Assembly (NCBI GenBank): GCA_043817155.1
Contig: JBDRHE010000072.1
Coordinates: 1,345-65,344 of the forward strand
From: Candidatus Omnitrophota bacterium
Lineage (GTDB): Bacteria; Omnitrophota; Gorgyraeia; JABMRN01; RBG-13-46-9
DNA length: 64,000 bases
Reading direction: 5' to 3'
This document shows, piece by piece, positions 29,932-39,041 of the stretch; the stretch's first letter is position 1; each line of letters opens with the position of its first letter. The translations under genes were made by a program, and so were the position numbers. Below the pieces are notes generated by a model. That model was not told the origin of the DNA, did not search any database, and saw nothing but the letters and a program-made list of their open reading frames with translations.

Positions 29932-30666
29932 ATGGAAAAGGTAACTATAGATAGTCGAAAGATAGATGTAGAAGCGGGGACGACTATTCTCGAAGCGGCC
30001 AACGAACTCGGGATAGAGATCCCTACGCTATGTTATCATGAGGCGCTTGGACCTTACGGCTCCTGTCGGGTATGCATGGTGGAGATCGTTACTGAGAGAG
30101 GCTCGAAGTTGGTAACTGCCTGTACGTATCCTGTATGGGATGGACTTGTGGTTAAGACCGATTCAGAAAAAGTTATTGAGGCACGCAAATTCATAGTGGA
30201 ACTGATGTTGGCGCGCTGCCCGAACGTAGACGCGATCAAGAGGCTGGCCGAAAGATTGGGAGTAAAGAATAGGGGTCTGGCGACCGCAGATGAGAATTGC
30301 ATTCTTTGCGGTTTATGCATAAGGGCCTGTAAAGATATGATAGGAACCTCGGCGATAAGCTTTGCAAATCGAGGCATGGAAAGAAAGGTACAGACACCTT
30401 TTGAGGAAGCATCTGTTGTCTGTATAGGATGCGGCGCCTGCGCGTTTGTCTGCCCTACAGGCGCCATCGATATTCAAGATATAGAGAAGATCCGCAAGGT
30501 ACATGGCAATACGGATCTAACGCTTGCAGCTTGCAAGGGTTGTGGTAAGCAATTTGCTACCGTAAAAGAGCTAGACTATATAAAAGAGAAGATAGATCTG
30601 CCGCAGGAGATATTCGAACTTTGTCATAAGTGTAAACGCAATAAATTAAGGAGAGATATGAAATAA
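29932..30666 (+). CDS. NuoG/HydA N-terminal-like Fe-S subunit (no H-cluster, no Mo/W domain)
   Basis: IPTLCYH...GSCRVC..TAC, CILCGLC, CIGCGAC, C-terminal CxxC..CxxC; only 244 aa. Confidence 0.85.
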   Translation: MEKVTIDSRKIDVEAGTTILEAANELGIEIPTLCYHEALGPYGSCRVCMVEIVTERGSKLVTACTYPVWDGLVVKTDSEKVIEARKFIVELMLARCPNVDAIKRLAERLGVKNRGLATADENCILCGLCIRACKDMIGTSAISFANRGMERKVQTPFEEASVVCIGCGACAFVCPTGAIDIQDIEKIRKVHGNTDLTLAACKGCGKQFATVKELDYIKEKIDLPQEIFELCHKCKRNKLRRDMK

Positions 30667-30802
30667 GATCCCTCGGCTATACCTGGGGATTAATTACGAT
30701 CATTCAAACCTGCCTGCCTATCAGCAAGTCGGGCAGGCAGGGAAGAGAAACAGGGAAGATGAACTTATGAAAATTAGAAATTTTCATAAGTTCAGATCTC
30801 AT
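30667..30802. repeat. Cluster of family F half, family E (30708-30741) and family G hairpin (30760-30802)
   Basis: Directly visible palindromes. Confidence 0.7.
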
Positions 30803-30819
30803 TAAAGGGAGAAAAACTC

Positions 30820-33800
30820 ATGTCGAGAATAGTTGCTCAATCAGCAATAAGAGGCGCGAAGAAGCTTGTACAGGAAGCCGAGGGGCTACTGGGCAAGGCG
30901 ATCGAAGAGAAGGGCAAGGAACAGATACTGGAATTCCCGGAGACGGCTTTCTTCATGCCGATGGCCAATGCCCTACTGGGGGCCGAGGTCAAGACTCTAA
31001 ATGAAGCATTGCCCATAATAAAAGAGGCCAAATCGCTTTTGCACGAAGATCCGACTAACGATCTATGGCTTCCTTATCTTGGTAGCGCGCTGGATTCCGG
31101 AATCGCGGCTTTGCTGGCAGAGGAGATTATTCTGGCTATACGCTACATTTATGGCAAAGAGCCTCAGGCCGATTGTAACGGCTTTTTTACGGATACGATA
31201 CTGCGCACTTTAGGAATACAACTCGTAGATGGCAGGATGCCTGGCTTTGCCGCGATACTTGGGGCTGCTCCGGACAATAAGACCGCGGTAGATATCGTAA
31301 GGGACTTTCAGAAGAGAAACATAATGACTTTTGTAGGCTCAAGCTCAAATGGTAAGAGCATCATAGACCAGCTTAAAGAAGAGAAGATCGAGATGGGATG
31401 GGATACTTATATAGTACCTTATGGCAGGGATACCGTATCTGCGCTCTATCCGTTGAACTGGGCCATAAGAGGAGCGCTTACTTTTGGCGGGATCAAGGCC
31501 GGGAATGCAAAGAAATGCTTAATGTATTGCAAAGAGAGGGTCTTTGCTTTCGGATTAACTCTCGGAGAGGTCGATGATGTTAAGTACGCTACCGGTGCGG
31601 GAGCAATAAACATGGGATTTCCTATAATAGCCGATACCGAGATACCGGAGATCAGGCCAACAGGTATATGCACGTATGAACATCTTGTAAAAGAACTTGA
31701 TCATAAGAAGATAGTTCAAAGCTGCATTGAGGTAAGGGGTGTTAAGGTGAAGCTTTCCGAGATACCGATACCCGTTGCATATAGCGCTGCTTTTGAAGGG
31801 GAGAGAGTAAGGCGCGAACAGATGTATGCGCAATTCGGAGGGAAGTTCTCACACGCGTTCGAATACGTTCGCTCTAAATCTCTTGATGAGGTAGAAGATG
31901 ATAAGATAGAGGTCGTCGGGCCGGAGATAGATGAAATGACCGAAGGAGGGGCCTATCCTCTCGGTATAGTGGTGGATGTCGCAGGAAGAAAGATGCAGCA
32001 CGATTTTGAACCTATACTGGAAAGGCAGGTGCATACCTTCTTAAATGAAGCTATGGGCATATTCCATATGGGTCAGAGAAGTATGTGCTGGATGAGGATC
32101 TCTAAAGACGCGCAGAAGAAAGGCTTTAAGCTGAGGCACCTGGGCGTGATCCTCCATGCGCAATTTCACGATATCTACTCTAAGATCGTTGACAAAGTCC
32201 AGATCACCATCTACACGAAGAAAGAGGATGTCGATAGGATAATGCCTGAAGCTGAAAAGGTATATGAAGAGCGTGATGAGCGTATGGCCGGTATGACGGA
32301 TGAGAGCATCGACACGTTTTACAGCTGCACGCTTTGTCAGAGTTTTGCGCCGAATCACCTTTGCATAATAAAGCCCGAGAGACTCGGTCTCTGCGGGGCT
32401 TATAGCTGGCTCGATGCGAAGGCATGTTACGAATTGAATCCGTCAGGACCGAATCAGCCCATCAAAAAAGGCGAATGTCTGGACCCGGTCCGGGGTGAAT
32501 GGAAGAATATAAACGATTTTATATATAAGAGTTCTAATAAGACGCTTGAGAAGTTCCACGGATATTCGATCATGAGCTACCCGGAAACAAGTTGTTGCAC
32601 CGGTGATACAGAGGTGTTGATAGGTGGAAAGATCGTAAAGATCGGTGATTTTATAGACCTTCATAGGGGTGGGGAGGAGTATGCCAGATTTAAGGCAGCA
32701 ACCTTGAGCGGTGGCAAAACCGTAGAAGAGGATATCGTTGCTATGCAAAGATTTACGGCTCCGGAAGAGTTGATAAGGATTGAAACAAAATCGGGCGCAG
32801 AACTTGTATTGACAAAGGATCATAAGGTCTTTGTTGATAGGCAGGAAGGGGAAGCTCAGGTTAGGGCAGATGAGATAAGAGATGAGGATAGAATCGTATC
32901 GCTTAAGAGACTGAATCTAAAAGAGGAGTTGCCTGAGATATCCGAAATATTCGGGGGGCGTTTAAACGAGGATATTTCAAATGAGATTATAAACAAGGAT
33001 CTCTTTTATATATTGGGACTCCTTGCTTCCGACGGTTCGATATGCAGAGTGGGAAGAAGGGAATACAAGATCAATTTTATCAACACCGAACCGGCGTTGA
33101 TTAATAAGTATAAGAGGCTCGCTAAAAAATTATTTCCAAAAAAGAACTGCAAAGCCCGCATTAAGAACAAAAATCTCTCCACAATAAAAGGACGTATTAT
33201 AAATTCTCAGAAGGTATGCTACGATTGTTATTCGAACAATAGCGTTTTGGGAATGATTGCAGAGTATTTTGGTATAAAAGTTGGCATTAAAGGGGTATGG
33301 AATTTGGCACAATTGATTAATCTTCCAAAGGACTTCATCGGTTCTTTTTTGGCCGGCATCTTCGACGGCGATGGAAGCATAAGATTGAGAAGATACTATT
33401 CCAAGTGGGATATCCCCGAAGCCTATCTCTGTATCGGGGATAAGAAAGCAGCATCTCACCTTCAGATGCTATTGCGAAGATTTGGCATAACAAGTTTTGT
33501 AAAGAAGTCCAATTCGGTTTACAAGGTGACTTTATACGGAACGAACCTAATTAAATTCCTGGATATTGCACCCATTGTTCATCCAAAGAAGAAGAAAATA
33601 TCGGAAAGAGTCAAGAAATTATCAAAAGCGAATAAAGGTCCTGACAGGGCACAGGGAGAGGTTCTGCCTTTTGGAGTAGGCAAAATTTTGGCAGAAATCC
33701 CTGAAACGAAAACAATACTTAGCCCTAGCACACTTTTCTATTATAGAACATTCAGATCTAGACCCGTGCTTTCCAATGTAAATAAGGTGATTGACGGATT

Positions 33801-34374
33801 GCCAAACGATAAGGCGCAAATCCTAAAAGATGCTATTGACACCGATTACTTTTTGGACATTGTTTCAAAGGTTAGAACAATAAAGAATAACGGGAGATTT
33901 GATTATGTGTACAATTTAACCCTTTCCGATACCCATAGTTATTATGCGAATGGAATGCATATTGCAAATTGCGGATGTTTTGAATGTATAATCGCGATTC
34001 TGCCTGAAGCGAACGGATTCATGGTGGTGAACAGGGAGTTTCCCGGGCTTACGCCTGCGGGGATGAAATTCTCTACGCTCGCAGGGTCCGTTGGCGGCGG
34101 AAATCAGACTCCCGGATTCATGGGTGTAGGAAGGCTTTATATAATCAGTAAAAAGTTCATATCCGCTGATGGCGGATTAAAGAGGCTGGTCTGGATGCCG
34201 AAGGAACTTAAAAGTGCTCTCGGTGACAGGCTAAAGAAGAGGTGCGCGGATCTCGGCATGCCGGATCTATTTGATAAGATAGCCGATGAGACTAACGCAA
34301 CTGAATCGGAAGCATTGGTAAAATATTTAACCGAGAAGGGCCATCCGGCCATTACGATGGAACCGTTAATGTGA
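30820..34374 (+). CDS. acsB: Acetyl-CoA synthase (ACS) subunit, intein-containing precursor (725 aa after splicing)
   Basis: CTLCQSFAPNHLC..PERLGLCGA, PETS|CGCFE, GGG.QTPGF.G, DGG..R.VWMP. Confidence 0.96.
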   Translation: MSRIVAQSAIRGAKKLVQEAEGLLGKAIEEKGKEQILEFPETAFFMPMANALLGAEVKTLNEALPIIKEAKSLLHEDPTNDLWLPYLGSALDSGIAALLAEEIILAIRYIYGKEPQADCNGFFTDTILRTLGIQLVDGRMPGFAAILGAAPDNKTAVDIVRDFQKRNIMTFVGSSSNGKSIIDQLKEEKIEMGWDTYIVPYGRDTVSALYPLNWAIRGALTFGGIKAGNAKKCLMYCKERVFAFGLTLGEVDDVKYATGAGAINMGFPIIADTEIPEIRPTGICTYEHLVKELDHKKIVQSCIEVRGVKVKLSEIPIPVAYSAAFEGERVRREQMYAQFGGKFSHAFEYVRSKSLDEVEDDKIEVVGPEIDEMTEGGAYPLGIVVDVAGRKMQHDFEPILERQVHTFLNEAMGIFHMGQRSMCWMRISKDAQKKGFKLRHLGVILHAQFHDIYSKIVDKVQITIYTKKEDVDRIMPEAEKVYEERDERMAGMTDESIDTFYSCTLCQSFAPNHLCIIKPERLGLCGAYSWLDAKACYELNPSGPNQPIKKGECLDPVRGEWKNINDFIYKSSNKTLEKFHGYSIMSYPETSCCTGDTEVLIGGKIVKIGDFIDLHRGGEEYARFKAATLSGGKTVEEDIVAMQRFTAPEELIRIETKSGAELVLTKDHKVFVDRQEGEAQVRADEIRDEDRIVSLKRLNLKEELPEISEIFGGRLNEDISNEIINKDLFYILGLLASDGSICRVGRREYKINFINTEPALINKYKRLAKKLFPKKNCKARIKNKNLSTIKGRIINSQKVCYDCYSNNSVLGMIAEYFGIKVGIKGVWNLAQLINLPKDFIGSFLAGIFDGDGSIRLRRYYSKWDIPEAYLCIGDKKAASHLQMLLRRFGITSFVKKSNSVYKVTLYGTNLIKFLDIAPIVHPKKKKISERVKKLSKANKGPDRAQGEVLPFGVGKILAEIPETKTILSPSTLFYYRTFRSRPVLSNVNKVIDGLPNDKAQILKDAIDTDYFLDIVSKVRTIKNNGRFDYVYNLTLSDTHSYYANGMHIANCGCFECIIAILPEANGFMVVNREFPGLTPAGMKFSTLAGSVGGGNQTPGFMGVGRLYIISKKFISADGGLKRLVWMPKELKSALGDRLKKRCADLGMPDLFDKIADETNATESEALVKYLTEKGHPAITMEPLM
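32593..33969 (+). mobile_element. Intein with LAGLIDADG homing endonuclease (459 aa)
   Basis: Block A CCTGDTEV, block B LTKDHKV, LAGLIDADG motifs ILGLLASDGS and FLAGIFDGDGS, block F VYNLTLSDTHSY, terminal IAN/C; excision restores TSCGCFE. Confidence 0.93.
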
Positions 34375-34375
34375 A

Positions 34376-34612
34376 ATGAAGCCATAAGTTACGACAACCC
34401 AGTGGTTGTCGTAACTTATATGGCTGAATTTCATCCCGAGGCACTGAAAGTGCCGAGGGATCTCAAACTTAAAACACTTGTCATTCCCGCGCAAGCGGGA
34501 ATCCATGGATGTACTCTCGACGAGTCCGCTCTGGATCCCCGCTTACGCGGGGATGACAAAAGATGAGATTGCTTCGGCGCGCTAAGAAGAATAAGGCGCC
34601 TCGCAAAGACGA
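34376..34612. repeat. Composite: family G hairpin + family F arm + family B doublet (34479-34558) + family A right arm
   Basis: Directly visible. Confidence 0.85.
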
Positions 34613-34641
34613 TGTAACTTAAAAAAAAGGAGAGTCAAGAA

Positions 34642-35979
34642 ATGGCCTTATCCGGACTTGCTATATACAAATTATTACCGAAGACGAATTGTAAAAAATG
34701 TGGATTTCCGACGTGTCTGGCGTTCGCGATGCAGCTTGCGGCAAAGAAGATATCTCTGGATAAATGTCCCGATGTTACGGAAGAGACCAAGAGGACTCTC
34801 GATGGCGCTTCCCAGCCACCCATAAAGCTGATCACGATCGGTACGGGCGATGATAAACTCCAGATCGGCAATGAGACCGTCCTATTTAGACACGAGGAGA
34901 AATTCTACCATCCTGCGGGTATCGGGTTTATTGTAGACGACACCGAAAGCTCTGACGAGATCAAGCAGGCGCTCGGCGAGATAAGCAAGCTCGATTTTGA
35001 AAGGGTTGGTCAGAGAATAAAGGGCGATCTGGTCTGCGTATCGTGCAAAAGTGACAATGCGACCAAATTCCGGGATGCGGTAAAGACTGTACTTGAGAAT
35101 TCGAAACTTCCCATAGCGTTAATGAGTGATGATGCCGTGATCGTGGGCAAAGCCCTTGAGATATCAAAAGAGAGAGTTCCGCTAATATGCGGGGCAACGG
35201 CTGCAAACTTCAAAGAGATGGCAAAGCTTTCTAAAGATTTTAAAGCGCCGGTTGTAGCCAGCGCGCCAAGCCTCGAGGAACTGGAGACGCTTGTAAAGAA
35301 CCTGAATACCGAGGGCGTGCAGGATATAGTACTGGATACAGGGAAGAAGAATCTCTCGGAAAAGTTGTGGGATCTTGTGCAGATAAGGAGGCTTGCTCTA
35401 AAGAAGTCATTTAGGCCGTTTGGCTATCCTGTCATTACATTTACAGAGAGCGAGGATCCCTACCAGGAAGCGGCCGAAGCGTCGACCTATGTTTCCAAGT
35501 ACGCCGGTATCGTTGTGATTAAGAATAGACACCCCTGGGAGGTGCTCCCGATCTTAACCGTAAGACAGAATATATACACAGATCCCCAGAAACCTCTCCA
35601 GGTTGACTCAAAGATCTATGAGGTGGGAAAGGTATCCGATAGTTCGCCTGTTATCGTCACAACAAATTTCTCTCTCACATATTATACGGTAGAGGCGGAA
35701 GTGGAATCGAGCAAGGTCCCTTCCTACATAATACCGTGTGACGCCGAAGGTATGTCGGTCCTTACAGCATGGGCCGCTGAAAAGTTTACGGCAGAGAGCA
35801 TAGCCCAGACGCTTAGTAAATTCGGTATGAAGGACAAGGTGAATCACAAAAGTGTGGTCATTCCCGGATATGTCGCGGTTTTGAGCGCTAAATTAGAAGA
35901 GGAATCCGGTTGGAAGGTAACTGTCGGCCCGAAGGAGGCCTCGGGCCTGCCAACATTTTTACGAAATCTTAATAAGTGA
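34642..35979 (+). CDS. acsC: Corrinoid iron-sulfur protein large subunit
   Basis: LPKTNCKKCGFPTCLAFA, RQNIYTDPQ, TTNFSLTY, SVLTAWAA. Confidence 0.96.
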   Translation: MALSGLAIYKLLPKTNCKKCGFPTCLAFAMQLAAKKISLDKCPDVTEETKRTLDGASQPPIKLITIGTGDDKLQIGNETVLFRHEEKFYHPAGIGFIVDDTESSDEIKQALGEISKLDFERVGQRIKGDLVCVSCKSDNATKFRDAVKTVLENSKLPIALMSDDAVIVGKALEISKERVPLICGATAANFKEMAKLSKDFKAPVVASAPSLEELETLVKNLNTEGVQDIVLDTGKKNLSEKLWDLVQIRRLALKKSFRPFGYPVITFTESEDPYQEAAEASTYVSKYAGIVVIKNRHPWEVLPILTVRQNIYTDPQKPLQVDSKIYEVGKVSDSSPVIVTTNFSLTYYTVEAEVESSKVPSYIIPCDAEGMSVLTAWAAEKFTAESIAQTLSKFGMKDKVNHKSVVIPGYVAVLSAKLEEESGWKVTVGPKEASGLPTFLRNLNK

Positions 35980-35989
35980 AATGAGGTCA

Positions 35990-36128
35990 ATTCCAGTCCC
36001 GGCCTGGATTATAGAGGTTTGCCTAGACAGGCCGGGACTGGAATGCAGATCGCGTACGGATAGAATCAGGACATTCAGGTCCCGGGCTTTCTAGGACAAC
36101 CTCTTTTATCAAGCCCGGGACCTGAATG
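35990..36128. repeat. Inverted doublet of family D hairpins (REPIN-like)
   Basis: 35990-36044 and 36072-36128; loops are approximate reverse complements. Confidence 0.85.
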
Positions 36129-36141
36129 ATGAGGAAGCAGG

Positions 36142-38085
36142 ATGGAGAAGTTCAAAGTTACATTTAAACCGGGCAACAAGATTGCCGAAGCAAAGAAGGG
36201 CGCGGATCTTCTTTCGGCCGCGGTCTCTTGCGGTGTATTCATAAATTCAAGTTGCGGCGGTGAAGGTGTTTGCGGAAGGTGCAAAGTCGTGATCAAGAAG
36301 GGCGACTTTAAGACCGAGCCTACCGGGAGGGTGTTACCGGAAGAGAGAAAGAAAGGCGTTGTCCTTGCGTGTCTTACGACGGTCGAAGGAGACCTCGAAG
36401 TATTTGTTCCGAAGGAATCCAGGCTCGATCTTGGTAAGATCAAGGATGAGGACGCAAGGCTTCATAGACTAAAGGGCGTATATTCCGAAGCGGTCGAGAT
36501 CGATAAAGGAAGGCCGATCATAAACGAAGACCTGTTTACCCATAGCCCGATATCGACAAAGATCTATACGGAGCTCCCGCAACCGACACTGGATGACAGC
36601 GTAAGTGATTATGAAAGATTGATAAGGGAGATAAAGGAGAAGCACAACGTACCTGTCGTACAGACGGGCCTAAGAAACATAAGAAAGCTTGGCAGCCTAC
36701 TTCGTCATAGCGATTGGAAGGTTACAGCGACCCTCGGCAAGAGGAACGAAACTACCGAGGTTGTGATAATCGAGCCGGGGGATACTTCAAAAGAGAATTA
36801 TGGCATCGCTTTTGATATAGGCACGACTACGGTTTCGGGGCAGCTTGTGAACCTGAATACCAAAGAGGTTCTTGGCACAAAGGCTACCTATAACAAACAG
36901 ATAGTCTTTGGCGACGATGTGATCACGCGGATAGTATTTGCAACCGAAGAGAGCGGCCTTGAACGTTTGCACCACGCTGTTATCGATAACATGAATTCTA
37001 TTATTCATGAATTGATCACTGAGCATAACATACCGTTAAACTGGGTAACGGGCGTTGTATGCGCCGGAAATACTACAATGATGCATCTCCTGCTTCGCGT
37101 GGACCCCACTCATATAAGGAGAGAACCCTATGTATCAACTGCGAATTTTGTACCGGTCGTAAGATCCGCGGAGGTCGGTATTAAAGTTCACCCCAGGGGG
37201 CTGCTTGCTTGTATACCGGGGGTTAGTACCTATGTCGGAGGCGATATAGTTGCCGGTGTAGTGGCCTGTGGCATTAATAGGAGTGAACAACTTACACTGC
37301 TTATAGATATCGGTACAAACGGTGAGATGGCGCTTGGCAATAAAGAATGGATGGCATGCTGTTCAGCGAGCGCAGGACCGGCTTTTGAAGGCACCGGGGT
37401 TTCGTGTGGGATGAGGGCAATGGATGGCGCGATAGAGAAAGTCGAGATTGGTTCTGATCTTGAATCAAGGACCCGGACCATTAAGAACGCAAAGCCAATG
37501 GGGATTTGCGGTTCAGGATATATATCGCTCATCTCCGAGATGTTTAAAAGAAAGATCATAAAGCGGGATGGCAAATTGAACGACGATCTTAAAACAGAGC
37601 GCATCAGGGTGTCGAATGATGAGCTTGAATACGTGGTCGTCTTTAAGAAGGATGCGTGCTGTGATTATGACATCGTGATCAAGGAGTCCGATATTGAAAA
37701 TATTAAAAGGTCAAAAGGCGCGATCTATTCAGCGGCATACATACTGGTTAAAAAGTTCGATCTGACTTTTGACCAGATCGATAAGGTATATATCGCAGGT
37801 GGATTTGGGACGTTTCTCGATATAGATTGCGCTGTATCCATAGGACTTTTACCGGATATCGAGAGAGGTAAATTCCAATTTGTAGGAAACAGCTCTCTAA
37901 TAGGATCGAGAGAGATCCTGCTGTCTTATGATACAATGAAGAAGGCCGAAGAGATCGCCAGGAAGATGACATATATCGAGCTTAGCAAGGACCCCGGCTA
38001 CATGGATGAATATGTTTCGAGCCTCTTCTTCCCGCATACGGACCTCGAACGGTTTCCGAGCGTGAAGAAGGGAAGATCTGCTTGA
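36142..38085 (+). CDS. acsV: Reductive activator of CoFeSP (RACo; [2Fe-2S] + ASKHA ATPase)
   Basis: CGGEGVCGRC, DIGTTT, DIGTNGE, GPAFEG, GICGSG, AGGFG. Confidence 0.93.
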   Translation: MEKFKVTFKPGNKIAEAKKGADLLSAAVSCGVFINSSCGGEGVCGRCKVVIKKGDFKTEPTGRVLPEERKKGVVLACLTTVEGDLEVFVPKESRLDLGKIKDEDARLHRLKGVYSEAVEIDKGRPIINEDLFTHSPISTKIYTELPQPTLDDSVSDYERLIREIKEKHNVPVVQTGLRNIRKLGSLLRHSDWKVTATLGKRNETTEVVIIEPGDTSKENYGIAFDIGTTTVSGQLVNLNTKEVLGTKATYNKQIVFGDDVITRIVFATEESGLERLHHAVIDNMNSIIHELITEHNIPLNWVTGVVCAGNTTMMHLLLRVDPTHIRREPYVSTANFVPVVRSAEVGIKVHPRGLLACIPGVSTYVGGDIVAGVVACGINRSEQLTLLIDIGTNGEMALGNKEWMACCSASAGPAFEGTGVSCGMRAMDGAIEKVEIGSDLESRTRTIKNAKPMGICGSGYISLISEMFKRKIIKRDGKLNDDLKTERIRVSNDELEYVVVFKKDACCDYDIVIKESDIENIKRSKGAIYSAAYILVKKFDLTFDQIDKVYIAGGFGTFLDIDCAVSIGLLPDIERGKFQFVGNSSLIGSREILLSYDTMKKAEEIARKMTYIELSKDPGYMDEYVSSLFFPHTDLERFPSVKKGRSA

Positions 38086-38146
38086 TCAATTAGAAGGGAG
38101 TCTGTTACCGAACACAAACATCGTGTCATTCCCGTGTTTTCCCACA

Positions 38147-38214
38147 TGTCATCCCCGCGTAAGCGGGGATCCAGACGAGGCCCACCATGGATTCCCGCTT
38201 CCGCGGGAATGACA
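38147..38214. repeat. Family B doublet
   Basis: Directly visible; partial extra arm at 38124. Confidence 0.88.
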
Positions 38215-38278
38215 GAGTTAGATGTGGATGACAAAGGGATAAATATGGTTTTGGCAACAAATTCGAAAGAAATTAATT

Positions 38279-39034
38279 ATGGGTCAGATAATAGCTATAG
38301 CCGGTAAGGGTGGCACCGGAAAGACTACGCTGGCGAGCTTAATCGTAAGAACGCTAAAGGAGCAGAATTCAGGGTCCATTCTTGCTATAGACGCAGATCC
38401 CAATAACACCCTTGGGCAGACGTTGGGCGTAAAGGATATATCTACAATAGTGGAGATCGTTGATAATATTTCAAAGAATCTGTCAGAGATCCCGGCCGGT
38501 ATGACAAAGGATAGATTTCTGGATATGAAGATCCAGGAATCCATAAATGAGGAGCCGGGTTTCGATCTATTAAGTATGGGTAGGCCCGAGGGTCCGGGAT
38601 GTTACTGTTTTATCAATAACCTGCTGCGCGATCTCATAGAGAGGCTTATGAAGAACTACTCGTATATTATCGTGGATAACGAAGCCGGTATGGAGCATCT
38701 TTCCCGCAGGCTTGTTCGCAAGATCGACAGACTTTTTATGACAAGCGACAGTTCCATAATAGGCATAAGATCCGCTGCCAGGATATCTAAGCTTATCGAT
38801 GATCTGAACATAACGGTAAAGGACCGGGGACTCGTACTAAATAAGTTAAAAGTCGGACGGGATACGCTAAATAAAGAGATAGAGAGATCGGGGCTTGAAA
38901 TGATAACAACCCTGCCGTTTGACGAAGAGATTGAGGTCGCTGCCATAGGAGAGAGATCTATATTCGAGATAGCGAGCGAGAACAGGCTTTTAAATTTGGT
39001 AAAGGATCATTTCAAACTTGCGGTAACAAAATAA
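38279..39034 (+). CDS. acsF: ACS nickel-insertion ATPase (AcsF/CooC2)
   Basis: GKGGTGKT, MGRPEGPGCYC, DNEAGMEHLSR. Confidence 0.88.
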   Translation: MGQIIAIAGKGGTGKTTLASLIVRTLKEQNSGSILAIDADPNNTLGQTLGVKDISTIVEIVDNISKNLSEIPAGMTKDRFLDMKIQESINEEPGFDLLSMGRPEGPGCYCFINNLLRDLIERLMKNYSYIIVDNEAGMEHLSRRLVRKIDRLFMTSDSSIIGIRSAARISKLIDDLNITVKDRGLVLNKLKVGRDTLNKEIERSGLEMITTLPFDEEIEVAAIGERSIFEIASENRLLNLVKDHFKLAVTK

Positions 39035-39041
39035 GGAGCGG

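Noticed and set aside
27420-30666. Respiratory complex I or [FeFe]-hydrogenase
   Set aside because: No membrane nuo genes are adjacent and there are no H-cluster motifs in the third subunit
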